DNA from: a virus
Lineage: Duplodnaviria; Caudoviricetes
IMG/VR virus record: IMGVR_UViG_3300047199_000011
Location: 1 to 54,614 of that record
Strand: one strand, 5' to 3'
DNA: 54,614 nucleotides
Shown piece by piece: positions 27,326 through 36,167 of this stretch; the stretch's first letter is position 1; each line of letters opens with the position of its first letter. Under the pieces are notes generated by a model. It made no database searches and was not told the origin of the DNA. It saw only the letters and a program-made list of their open reading frames with translations. The translations under genes were made by a program, and so were the position numbers.

Positions 27326-27961
27326 TTACTCCTGCACTAAATTCCCATCAGCATCATACCAGTTGACTTGATCATTAGAGTAAACCTCTTGACCGTTATA
27401 CTCTCCAGAATATACGTGCTTAGTTTTTGTTGCAGGCAATTCGTTACTACCAATCAATGCGCTGTATTCCTGTTGCAGGCCATAAATATCTTTAGCAGCT
27501 TGTTTCTGCCAATCCCCTTGTTTAGGATACCTTTGCCAGAAACCAGGAGCAGTAATAGCAGCTTGAAATGCTGTTCCTGGAGGTATGGAAGGAGGAGCTT
27601 CCCTCTTTCTGATTGTAGACAACGTGTTATAATCAGCTAAACTTCTTATAGGAAAGTTAACCGTTGAACCACCAACATCCATTGGAACATTTAAGCCTCC
27701 GCTTGAACCATCCATCATCCAAGGAACTCCTCCAACTGTAGCATCAGGAGTTTCACCAGCTGTTGCCCTACGAACTCCGTTATTAGCAGCAAGAGTAGGA
27801 AATATAGCTAGCATTTCAGCTCGCTTAGCATCCTCTGTTTCTTTCTTCTTCTTGTAGTACGCCATCGCAGCATCAGCGGCATAGTCCATAAAGCCGCGAG
27901 GAGCCTGCATAGGTAACTCATATCTTACCGATTGAATATCGTTTGGCATTAGCTCCTCCAA
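27326..27961 (-). CDS. putative internal virion (ejection) protein
   Basis: Position between the nozzle and the giant protein. Confidence 0.5.
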   Translation of the reverse strand: MEELMPNDIQSVRYELPMQAPRGFMDYAADAAMAYYKKKKETEDAKRAEMLAIFPTLAANNGVRRATAGETPDATVGGVPWMMDGSSGGLNVPMDVGGSTVNFPIRSLADYNTLSTIRKREAPPSIPPGTAFQAAITAPGFWQRYPKQGDWQKQAAKDIYGLQQEYSALIGSNELPATKTKHVYSGEYNGQEVYSNDQVNWYDADGNLVQE

Positions 27962-28668
27962 TCATACTGCGAATTAACTTGGTTAAATCTGTCTGTCAAC
28001 GGCGTAGTTGAATAGTCGTTGCTCGTGTACGCAGAGTTAGCATAATCATTAACAAAGCTTCCTGAGCCCCCTGTCTTATTGAACATATCTCCTAACTTTC
28101 CCCAGGGGATATCTGCGTTTCCGATAATACTTCCCCACTGACTTTGTTGAGCTTCAGTACCGGGAACAGTATAGGGAGCAATCTGGAACGGACGATACCC
28201 ACCTATAGTTCCAAGATAATTCTGCTCAGCGTTCTGGAAGACACCCACATCTTGTTGACTAAGAAATTCCTCAATCTTACGTGACTCATCCATGTATTTC
28301 TGAGCAAGAGGACGAAGGCTCTTTTGTGTAGCTCCAGCTCCCAGCCCAGTCAAAGCCCCAGACTCCATGCCAGTCTGATAAGCACCGTATCTGTTACCAG
28401 GAGAACCATAATAAGCTTCTTGCTGACCAAGCACCATACCTTTCTTAATCTTAGGCCGCGCTGTCTGCCAATACTGGGGCATTTGACCGGTTGCAAGATT
28501 CTCTAACCCACGTGCAGAATAATCATATGCGGGCGTAGTCTGTGCCTGGATTATATCGTATCCGGTATAACCAGGAGTACCCGTTCCTTGCGTAGCTTGG
28601 CCAACGGCTCCGCCAATGCCGCTTTGAAGCATTGGACCTGCTAATGACATGATTGTACCCCAGTCCAT
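27949..28668 (-). CDS. putative ejection/pilot protein
   Basis: Gly/Gln/Ala-rich with a glycine-rich hydrophobic N-terminus; position. Confidence 0.55.
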   Translation of the reverse strand: MDWGTIMSLAGPMLQSGIGGAVGQATQGTGTPGYTGYDIIQAQTTPAYDYSARGLENLATGQMPQYWQTARPKIKKGMVLGQQEAYYGSPGNRYGAYQTGMESGALTGLGAGATQKSLRPLAQKYMDESRKIEEFLSQQDVGVFQNAEQNYLGTIGGYRPFQIAPYTVPGTEAQQSQWGSIIGNADIPWGKLGDMFNKTGGSGSFVNDYANSAYTSNDYSTTPLTDRFNQVNSQYDWRS

Positions 28669-28678
28669 AGTATCCTCC

Positions 28679-28915
28679 TTATGTAAGAGTGATGTAACCT
28701 ACAAATCCTCTACCAGTTTTGAAATAAACTCTGCGTATGCAACCATCATCGAAAAGAACCACCTTACCTGAATCGGCTAGGCTCGGCGCCTTAACCATAT
28801 CTTCTGTGTAAATTATCCCCATCGCAGAGTTATGTACATTGTCTAGGATACGTTGCATCGTATTCAAGTCTGTTTCTTTAAGCGAAGGAAGATGAGTGAT
28901 CTGGTCAATAGTCAT
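28679..28915 (-). CDS. small virion protein
   Basis: Coupled to the nozzle gene. Confidence 0.55.
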   Translation of the reverse strand: MTIDQITHLPSLKETDLNTMQRILDNVHNSAMGIIYTEDMVKAPSLADSGKVVLFDDGCIRRVYFKTGRGFVGYITLT

Positions 28916-31900
28916 TATATTATCAGTGGTTGAGCTGCATAGAATCCCTGCAACTCTTTCAACTTAAATGAGTATAAATCATTCTTGTAGAACTTCAACT
29001 TAATCTCTCTCCCGAACGCATTAGACGGGAAGAAACTATCCCAACGATTAGAATTGCTTAACAAGCTGATGTTGAATGTACCGGAAGCGTTCTCTGTTTC
29101 CCAGTACACTGCAAAAGAACCAAGGCTTCCTTCATGCCTACTGGCTAGCTTCTGGAATATCTTATCAATGGCCGGAGCATCAAAGTGCCTGAAACCCATA
29201 TCATAAACAAACTCTACCGCTGCTTCAGCCATAATAGCTCCCTTAGAATAAGAGAACTTGAGCAAGAATCCGTTAGCAGAATAGAGCTTTGGGTTACTAT
29301 CAGTAATCAACGTTCGGCTGAACTCAACCTTAACCTGCACCCATGACCCTACAGGTATTCCCACTAAGGATTGGGAGTTTGGATTAGTGAACCCGGCTAT
29401 TGGCTGCCAAGCAGCAGCAAGGCATAAGGCCTGAGTAGCTCCTACGCGGATGTATACTAACATATCAGAACCCGCGCCTAAAGCTTCATTCCACCAAAGG
29501 GACTTAAATAGCTCAGGACTAAGCTGTGCCGCAGGAGAAGTCCATGTACCTGCGGTAAGACTTGGTGTTTCCCACTCAGCGTTGTAGTCTTTCATCTTAC
29601 CTAGTTCCTTACGGAACAACCTGAAAGTAATGCTAGGAGGAACAACAGCAGAACCACTAGCACTCGCTGTACTCGCAATAGAGTGAGTATGGTCAACGGC
29701 AGCATGGCCGTCAGGGCTGCCACTCCCTTGATTAGCGCCTGAACTGCCTGTAGCTGATACTGAGAAGGTGTGGGTGTGCGCTGCATTAGAAGCTGCTCCA
29801 ACCGCCGGCGCTCCTGTTCCTATTCTAAGGAACCTACCTTCATAGGTAGCAGACTGATCAACCCATCCATTTCCGGGTGTACCTGCGGTGTAATAGAGGG
29901 CATAGGCGTACTTCGCGGTGCCATCCCACGTACCCTCCTCACCAATGCGGCGGATGAATCTGAATGATACGTAGTCAAGTTCCCACGAATCAAGGTTAGC
30001 CGTATCGGTAGTACCGGAAATGGAGTGCGTATGGCCAATACCTGCAAAGGTAGCCGCTCCTCCATCTGAAGATGTGGGGCCTGTGTTCTCTGCTGAAGTG
30101 TTCCCGCTATAGCTATGAGTATGGTCAGCCGGGTAAGGATAGCCTAAATCAGTTGTCTGCAACTTGATATAGTACCCCTCAGCATCAACCATCTCCCATC
30201 CTTCAGGTACCGCAGTCTGGTCGTACATCACAATCGCGCCAACTGGAAACTCACCCTCTCCTGTGACGGTAGCGTTCTTATAGAACAAGCGATATCTTAA
30301 ATGCTTTGGTTCAGCTATAGTAGAACCGGAAGTTATGGAGAAAGGATGGTAGTGAGAAGGGTTAGATCCTGAAGGCTGGTTATCATCAGGCCGCCCTTCA
30401 CTCCCGGGACCAGTAGAAGTGTTTCCTGCAAGCCCATGTGTATGACCCGTGCCCGCGTGTATCGTACCCTGCGTGGCTGAAATCTTTATGAAGTTGTTCG
30501 GTGAGGAAATCTCCGTCCACCCTACCCCGGGGTTGGTATCCTCTGAATCCCAGAAGATACAAATGTTCTGAGGTATATCTACGGCCGTAGCAATAGTCCC
30601 AATCTCCATGTACGGATTGTTCTCCGTACCTCCAACAAAGACGTTGGAGAGAGTTCCAGTGAGCGCATCAGTCTTAGTGGTAAGACGATAGTTGATATCC
30701 TCATTCACCGCTTGGTACACAAAGCCGTTGTTTGAAGCACCGTAATAGAGCTCTCCTGTTTCCTGATCTCCACGCTTTGAAGCGAAACAGTTAGCGAAGA
30801 TGGTATCATAAGACAAAGTCTTACGCTTGAAGTTATACCTCATAACCCTATCGTGTACCTGCGAACCGTATGAAAGGTCTGTGTAGGCCGCCAAGAACTC
30901 TGAATTGTCCCAGTGCGAAACCACGTCATAATAATTGGCGGGGAGTATCTCCCCTGTATCAAACTCATCAATCACCGGCTGCGCATTAGAACCATCGTAA
31001 AGATACCAATGATCCCAACCAAGGTAAACGATCCCCATAGGAGTCTGGCAGATAGAATACGCCGCAGGCGAACCGGAGAAAGAGAAGGGGTCTTCTGCGT
31101 ACCAATTACCTGTAGGCCCAAGAATAAATACCTTGCGGATAGTGTTCTTCTTAATGCACACTATGTTCCCCATAACTATGGGGATGCCCATGATCTCATC
31201 GTTGTCATCAGGAGATATCTCCAAATACATCAGTTGAGTATCCTTCTGAATATACCAAGGAGTATAGGGATCAGAGTAATAAATCGTGTTCGGAGCCGTA
31301 GGATCGCGGGTGATAAAGAGCCTCTCACGGTATATCTGAAGCTCTGCCCCGCGCGGCATGGAATCAGTAACTCCGGGCATGAGCGTGCCTGCGGAAGCAT
31401 CAGCGGTTGTGTCTGTGTAAGTCGTAGAGGTGTTGTTCGCCAACGTTGCTATAAGACGATATCCTCCACCGGTTTCGCTGGACTTACGGTATATCTTTCG
31501 GTTTACTGTTCCTATGGGCCCAAGAGGAATGTTAGAAAGGCTGATGTTCTGAGCAGTAACAATAGCAATCGTATTTGAAACTGCCCCGGGAACGTACCAA
31601 TCATCGTCCCAAGTGATAGCGTATGAGATTGCTGTACGAGTGATTGAACCTGCCGGACCTATCTTCGCCTTAGCTGAACCAAGCTCCCAAGTAATGTTAT
31701 CAGAAGAACCATCATAAGCGAAGATGTTATCGTAACCGCTTGAACCAATAAGGATGTCCTTATAGGTGACGAACTTGAACCGCTTGCCTGTTGTGGTTAC
31801 GGTCCGTATCAGGGTCCAAGTCCCAGTAGCGTCATCGCCAACGTATATCCCGGTACCGCTGGTAGCTATGAATTTAGTGATTCCTCCAGAAGTATAGTAA

Positions 31901-32112
31901 CGATACAGTGACATGATAGGGTTGCCATCTATGGCCGCCGTGTTGAAATAACAGATAGGTTCACGCTTAACTACCGCTCCTGGCATATTCTCAAAGCGAC
32001 AGTTCTGCGCTACTTCAACATACTGGTCTTGCAGTTCCTCCGGCTCGGACTTGTTGTTCATGCCGGGCAACCGCTTGATATAGAATGGTGTTGGCTGGCT
32101 TGAGAGTGGCAT
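28915..32112 (-). CDS. tail nozzle / tubular protein B-like protein with inserted collar-HxH repeats
   Basis: GMNNK...AQNCRF...VVKR start, beta-propeller-like body (YRERLF, TIYYSD), follows the adaptor; insertion at 29608-30576. Confidence 0.7.
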   Translation of the reverse strand: MPLSSQPTPFYIKRLPGMNNKSEPEELQDQYVEVAQNCRFENMPGAVVKREPICYFNTAAIDGNPIMSLYRYYTSGGITKFIATSGTGIYVGDDATGTWTLIRTVTTTGKRFKFVTYKDILIGSSGYDNIFAYDGSSDNITWELGSAKAKIGPAGSITRTAISYAITWDDDWYVPGAVSNTIAIVTAQNISLSNIPLGPIGTVNRKIYRKSSETGGGYRLIATLANNTSTTYTDTTADASAGTLMPGVTDSMPRGAELQIYRERLFITRDPTAPNTIYYSDPYTPWYIQKDTQLMYLEISPDDNDEIMGIPIVMGNIVCIKKNTIRKVFILGPTGNWYAEDPFSFSGSPAAYSICQTPMGIVYLGWDHWYLYDGSNAQPVIDEFDTGEILPANYYDVVSHWDNSEFLAAYTDLSYGSQVHDRVMRYNFKRKTLSYDTIFANCFASKRGDQETGELYYGASNNGFVYQAVNEDINYRLTTKTDALTGTLSNVFVGGTENNPYMEIGTIATAVDIPQNICIFWDSEDTNPGVGWTEISSPNNFIKISATQGTIHAGTGHTHGLAGNTSTGPGSEGRPDDNQPSGSNPSHYHPFSITSGSTIAEPKHLRYRLFYKNATVTGEGEFPVGAIVMYDQTAVPEGWEMVDAEGYYIKLQTTDLGYPYPADHTHSYSGNTSAENTGPTSSDGGAATFAGIGHTHSISGTTDTANLDSWELDYVSFRFIRRIGEEGTWDGTAKYAYALYYTAGTPGNGWVDQSATYEGRFLRIGTGAPAVGAASNAAHTHTFSVSATGSSGANQGSGSPDGHAAVDHTHSIASTASASGSAVVPPSITFRLFRKELGKMKDYNAEWETPSLTAGTWTSPAAQLSPELFKSLWWNEALGAGSDMLVYIRVGATQALCLAAAWQPIAGFTNPNSQSLVGIPVGSWVQVKVEFSRTLITDSNPKLYSANGFLLKFSYSKGAIMAEAAVEFVYDMGFRHFDAPAIDKIFQKLASRHEGSLGSFAVYWETENASGTFNISLLSNSNRWDSFFPSNAFGREIKLKFYKNDLYSFKLKELQGFYAAQPLII

Positions 32113-32795
32113 TAGTGATTCCCGTAGTAGTAATCGTTTCTATAATTCTTCATCGTGATGTCATCGTCTTCCTTCTCACGATGTCTTTCAACCTGGTAGT
32201 CATGGATCTTGGAGTAGTATTTCTGCCAGGCATCGTTGGCCTTGTCACCGAATCCACGCTGTTCGTAGCCGTTGGCAACGACGTAATCAACGATAGCAGG
32301 CTGAATGTATTCAGGCACTTGCGGAGATTCTGAGTCACCGTTGATATCAACGTGCGCCTTCGTGTAATAGAGTTGGCCATAGTTCGTACCGGCGTTGGTA
32401 ACGTCAGGCTTCTGGAACAGGACGAACGAATCTTCCTCCCTGTCATAGTAATACTCATGAGGGATGCCCGCGTCAACAGACTTCCATGTCGGGTTAGTTA
32501 GATCAAGCTTAGTCCTGGTGGTAGACTCCAGTTTCTGCCAGGTAATCCCTGTCTGCTTATAATAAACCTCATTGACAGATAGCACTGTTACCCCAGGTAT
32601 CAAGGCCGTCATGGTGTATTCACCTACTCCAGAAGACGTAGTGAAGTAACTCACCCCGCGCAGGCACTTCGCCCTGAAGGCCACATCAGTGCAGCCATCG
32701 TTGATCATCGTGTTCATCTCGGCATCTGACCAGAATGACGCGGTCGTTTCTCCGAGCCTCTTACGTATTAGACTTCTGATTTCTGAGCGCGTCAT
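32112..32795 (-). CDS. head-tail adaptor / tubular protein A-like
   Basis: MTRSEIRSLIRKRL...WSDAEMNTMIN...PEYIQPAIVDY pattern; position. Confidence 0.75.
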   Translation of the reverse strand: MTRSEIRSLIRKRLGETTASFWSDAEMNTMINDGCTDVAFRAKCLRGVSYFTTSSGVGEYTMTALIPGVTVLSVNEVYYKQTGITWQKLESTTRTKLDLTNPTWKSVDAGIPHEYYYDREEDSFVLFQKPDVTNAGTNYGQLYYTKAHVDINGDSESPQVPEYIQPAIVDYVVANGYEQRGFGDKANDAWQKYYSKIHDYQVERHREKEDDDITMKNYRNDYYYGNH

Positions 32796-32804
32796 TGTTC
32801 CTCC

Positions 32805-34598
32805 TTAAAGATTCAATCTCCATAATTCTATGTGTGAACCAATGGCAATTGCGTTAGCGTAATTTACAATACTTATTGAAGTGATATTGTCAGCAGTGTT
32901 ATTCCATGACCATCCCCATGTCGTTATATAACCAACAGCTGTTCCTGATATTCCATAAGTTGAGGAAAGCAACGCCGGTCTTATGAAACCTGATTTAGCA
33001 TAGATCAATAACTCACCCAAGCCAATGTCTGACAACACACTCGAAGAACTTAATAGGTAACCAGTGTAAGTAGTACTCTGAGCGGCTATGACACCAGTTG
33101 AAGTCCCTGTAAGCACTTGATATCCATAGTTACCCACCGTACCACCTATGCTGTCGTAATTAAGACAAACCCTAGCATTGGCTCCCCCATTGTATCCGTT
33201 TACTAATCTGCCTACTAATTTATACACTACATCCCTATTCCCATCGAGTCCTGTGATATCTATTTGAGTTGCCGCGCTGGTAAGGGTATTGTCATAGATT
33301 AACTGCCAATGTCCATAGGAAACACTGGCGCCTAATCCTACTGGGTCTATCTCACCTGTCTTCATGCCTGAAGTGATCTTACGCTTTCTAAGGAGAATAA
33401 TGCGCGTTCCTGCACCAAAGTTATTTCCATAAGTGCCCGCACCACCGCCTGTCCACACAGTAAAGACTATACTTGTTATATTATCAGTAGTGTTATTCCA
33501 CGAATGACCATACTCCTCAACTTCGGTAACGGTTTTACCAACGATCTGATCTGCGCTTTGCATCAAAGAAGTACGCACCTTACCGCTTTTAGCATAGATA
33601 ACGGTATCAGATAAAGCAACATTCCCTAAATACGGAGAAAGGTTTGCACCGCCTATGAACTGATATTGGTCAGTACCCCGAGATGCTCCTGCCACAGCAC
33701 CATAACCGTATATTCTTTGATATCCATAATTTGAACCTGCATCGTTATTGAATCTTATGTATGTATATGACGCTCCATTGAATCCATTGACATAATGGTA
33801 TATCAACCGATACTCCTCATCCGTGTCCCCATCCAACCCATCTATGACGTATTGCGTAAGAGGAGAGTCATAGGACGTGGTAGAAGGAGTAAAGTCGCTG
33901 GTCCAACGAGCAGTACCTTTGGAGATACGAATTTCATCCATATACCCATCAAGAGCAGCAGAAGAAGCAGGTTGATATGTTCCAATATACAACGGACCAT
34001 TAACGTCATCCCAGGTACCGAATGGAGTGACAGTAGTGACTGCTTGCGAAACTCCATCTGCAAACATTAAACAGGTAGAACCGCTACGTACCACTGCAAC
34101 ATGATGCCAAGTTCCAACCGTTAGCCCAGACCAGGCGTTAGTCATTATAAACGAACCGCCTGAAGATGAATCAAGAACAATCTTATTGGTATTCCCTATT
34201 TCTACATACCAACTTGTTCCTGCATACTGAGCTACAAATACGTGTTCAGTGTTTATAGAGTTGAGATTAAACCAGAAGTCTATTGTGAAATTACCTGTTC
34301 CGAAAGCCCAGTCTGCACTGTCTGCCGCAGTAATGTACTGCTTATTTGCTTTGACGAACTTGATACTGCTTACTCTGAACTTATAAGTTGAATTACTATA
34401 AACAGGTGTTCCGGTAGTCCCGGCCGCAGTCAACGTATGTGGAGTAGAAGCGTTATCATAGAACGTAGCCCCATTGTTAGGGCCGCCACCATGTATAAGC
34501 AATGTGGTGTTAGATGCTACCACACCAACCAGCTTATCATGGACAAGCTCCATAGTAGTATCAATGCTATCTGGTTTATCTAAGTCGCCATACTTCAT
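32805..34598 (-). CDS. LamG/ConA-domain tail fibre or receptor-binding protein
   Basis: FGTGNFTIDFW, WHHVAVVRSG, GYMDEIRISKGTARW; two copies of a NYGYQ...YAKSG...WNNT domain. Confidence 0.8.
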   Translation of the reverse strand: MKYGDLDKPDSIDTTMELVHDKLVGVVASNTTLLIHGGGPNNGATFYDNASTPHTLTAAGTTGTPVYSNSTYKFRVSSIKFVKANKQYITAADSADWAFGTGNFTIDFWFNLNSINTEHVFVAQYAGTSWYVEIGNTNKIVLDSSSGGSFIMTNAWSGLTVGTWHHVAVVRSGSTCLMFADGVSQAVTTVTPFGTWDDVNGPLYIGTYQPASSAALDGYMDEIRISKGTARWTSDFTPSTTSYDSPLTQYVIDGLDGDTDEEYRLIYHYVNGFNGASYTYIRFNNDAGSNYGYQRIYGYGAVAGASRGTDQYQFIGGANLSPYLGNVALSDTVIYAKSGKVRTSLMQSADQIVGKTVTEVEEYGHSWNNTTDNITSIVFTVWTGGGAGTYGNNFGAGTRIILLRKRKITSGMKTGEIDPVGLGASVSYGHWQLIYDNTLTSAATQIDITGLDGNRDVVYKLVGRLVNGYNGGANARVCLNYDSIGGTVGNYGYQVLTGTSTGVIAAQSTTYTGYLLSSSSVLSDIGLGELLIYAKSGFIRPALLSSTYGISGTAVGYITTWGWSWNNTADNITSISIVNYANAIAIGSHIELWRLNL

Positions 34599-35794
34599 GG
34601 GTAGACCTTCCTGTATAAAATAAACTTAGTGCCAACTCCCAAACCTTCATTCCCATTATAAGAAAATAAAACCAAAGATGAGATAGGAGCTGTCGTATTA
34701 TTCCAAGTTTGCCCCCACTCAGACAGGTCATCAACAGTCGTGGTTGCTCCATTGGTAGCTGATGTCAACGCCGTCCTAAGATAGCCACTCTTGGCATAAA
34801 TAATAGAGCTGGAAGAATAGAAATCTCCAACAACACTGGTAGCAGTCGCACCATACAAAATAAAGAAAGAAGATGTGCTCCTGCTAGCGGAGATTGTAAC
34901 ACCAGCCCCATACACCGTTTGATAACCATAGTTAGCCCCACTGTCATTGTTTAACCGCAATGCTGGATAAGTAGCCGCAGTTGAAATCATCACATTACTT
35001 AATAATTTATACTCCTCGTCAACATCACCATTTACCAGCGCGGTAGTCTTGAGCGGAGGAGTGAAGTCAGATGTCCAGCGGGCGATACCCTTAGAGATAC
35101 GGATGTCGTCAAGCCAGCCGTTAAAGAAATAGCTCTCAACTGTATTCACCACCAAATCACCAATCCTGAATGGAGTAGTTATATTATTAACAATGATGCC
35201 AGTTACATCAAGAGTACCGTCTGCAATTCCATCTATAAATAATCGGAGAGTGTTACCATCTCTTACGAAGGCTATATGATGCCATGCTCCAGCAGTAATC
35301 GTTCCTGTACTCGTAACCGCCCTGCTTCCTGTGGCAGTAATATAAATTCTACCAGTAACGTGGTTAGTATCATTAAACTCAACAAACCAACCCATCTGAG
35401 GACCAGTATTTCCATCCCCGCAACCAATAGGATACTGAAAGGTTCCATCTGCGTTCTTCCTTACCCAGAAATCTATAGTAAAATCTCCAGAGCCAAAATA
35501 CCAATCTGTACTGCTTGCCAGCGAGAGGTAGTCACCTGTGCCATCAAAGAGAACACTTGAAACACCGAACTTCTTCTGCGCCGTATCTATCTGGGCATTA
35601 CCGTTACACGTCACTGTGTGCCCACACTCATCTATGACTGAGGTAGAAGAATCTACACCTTCCCCGCTTATCATCAGCACATTATATGGATTGGTGATAG
35701 GAACAGTGGTAGTAGCAACAGTTATTTCCTTCTCCCAGAGTACCTGCCAGTGGTCTATGACTTTAGCTTGAGGTCTTATCTTTCCGTATTTCAT
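34595..35794 (-). CDS. LamG/ConA-domain tail fibre paralogue
   Basis: FGSGDFTIDFW, WHHIAFVRDG, GWLDDIRISKGIARW; MKYG start shared with its neighbour (alternative start 35833). Confidence 0.8.
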   Translation of the reverse strand: MKYGKIRPQAKVIDHWQVLWEKEITVATTTVPITNPYNVLMISGEGVDSSTSVIDECGHTVTCNGNAQIDTAQKKFGVSSVLFDGTGDYLSLASSTDWYFGSGDFTIDFWVRKNADGTFQYPIGCGDGNTGPQMGWFVEFNDTNHVTGRIYITATGSRAVTSTGTITAGAWHHIAFVRDGNTLRLFIDGIADGTLDVTGIIVNNITTPFRIGDLVVNTVESYFFNGWLDDIRISKGIARWTSDFTPPLKTTALVNGDVDEEYKLLSNVMISTAATYPALRLNNDSGANYGYQTVYGAGVTISASRSTSSFFILYGATATSVVGDFYSSSSIIYAKSGYLRTALTSATNGATTTVDDLSEWGQTWNNTTAPISSLVLFSYNGNEGLGVGTKFILYRKVYP

Positions 35795-35870
35795 AGCATC
35801 ATCGTAGCGGTTAAGAATAAATACAACAACCAAATAAATAAGACAGCTTCAAGAACAACTATCAACCATC

Positions 35871-36158
35871 TCATACTTCATCAAACATGATTCGTATTGT
35901 AGTGTTAGCATCGCAGGTTATCTTAACATCTTCATTATCCTCACCCTGCTTGTTGATCCCTACTGCTCCTGTCACTCCCCCGATTCCTTCAATGATCAAC
36001 CCAGAGGTGGGGAATGAAATAGTATACGCTCCTTCTGCTTCAACAATGATGCTCCAGATAAACACATAGTCATTATTTGAAGGAGTTATGATAGAGGTAT
36101 CTACTTGTGCCGTGGTAAATGTTTCGTGTAGTGATGTCGTTTTCTTAACGAGTCCCAT
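35871..36158 (-). CDS. small beta-rich virion protein
   Basis: AGGAGG RBS; beta-strand pattern. Confidence 0.6.
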   Translation of the reverse strand: MGLVKKTTSLHETFTTAQVDTSIITPSNNDYVFIWSIIVEAEGAYTISFPTSGLIIEGIGGVTGAVGINKQGEDNEDVKITCDANTTIRIMFDEV

Positions 36159-36167
36159 AGCTCCTCC

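Noticed and set aside
32805-35794. Possible DGR template/variable repeats in the fibre genes
   Set aside because: Similarity is protein-level paralogy with synonymous changes rather than adenine-specific differences, and no reverse transcriptase is present
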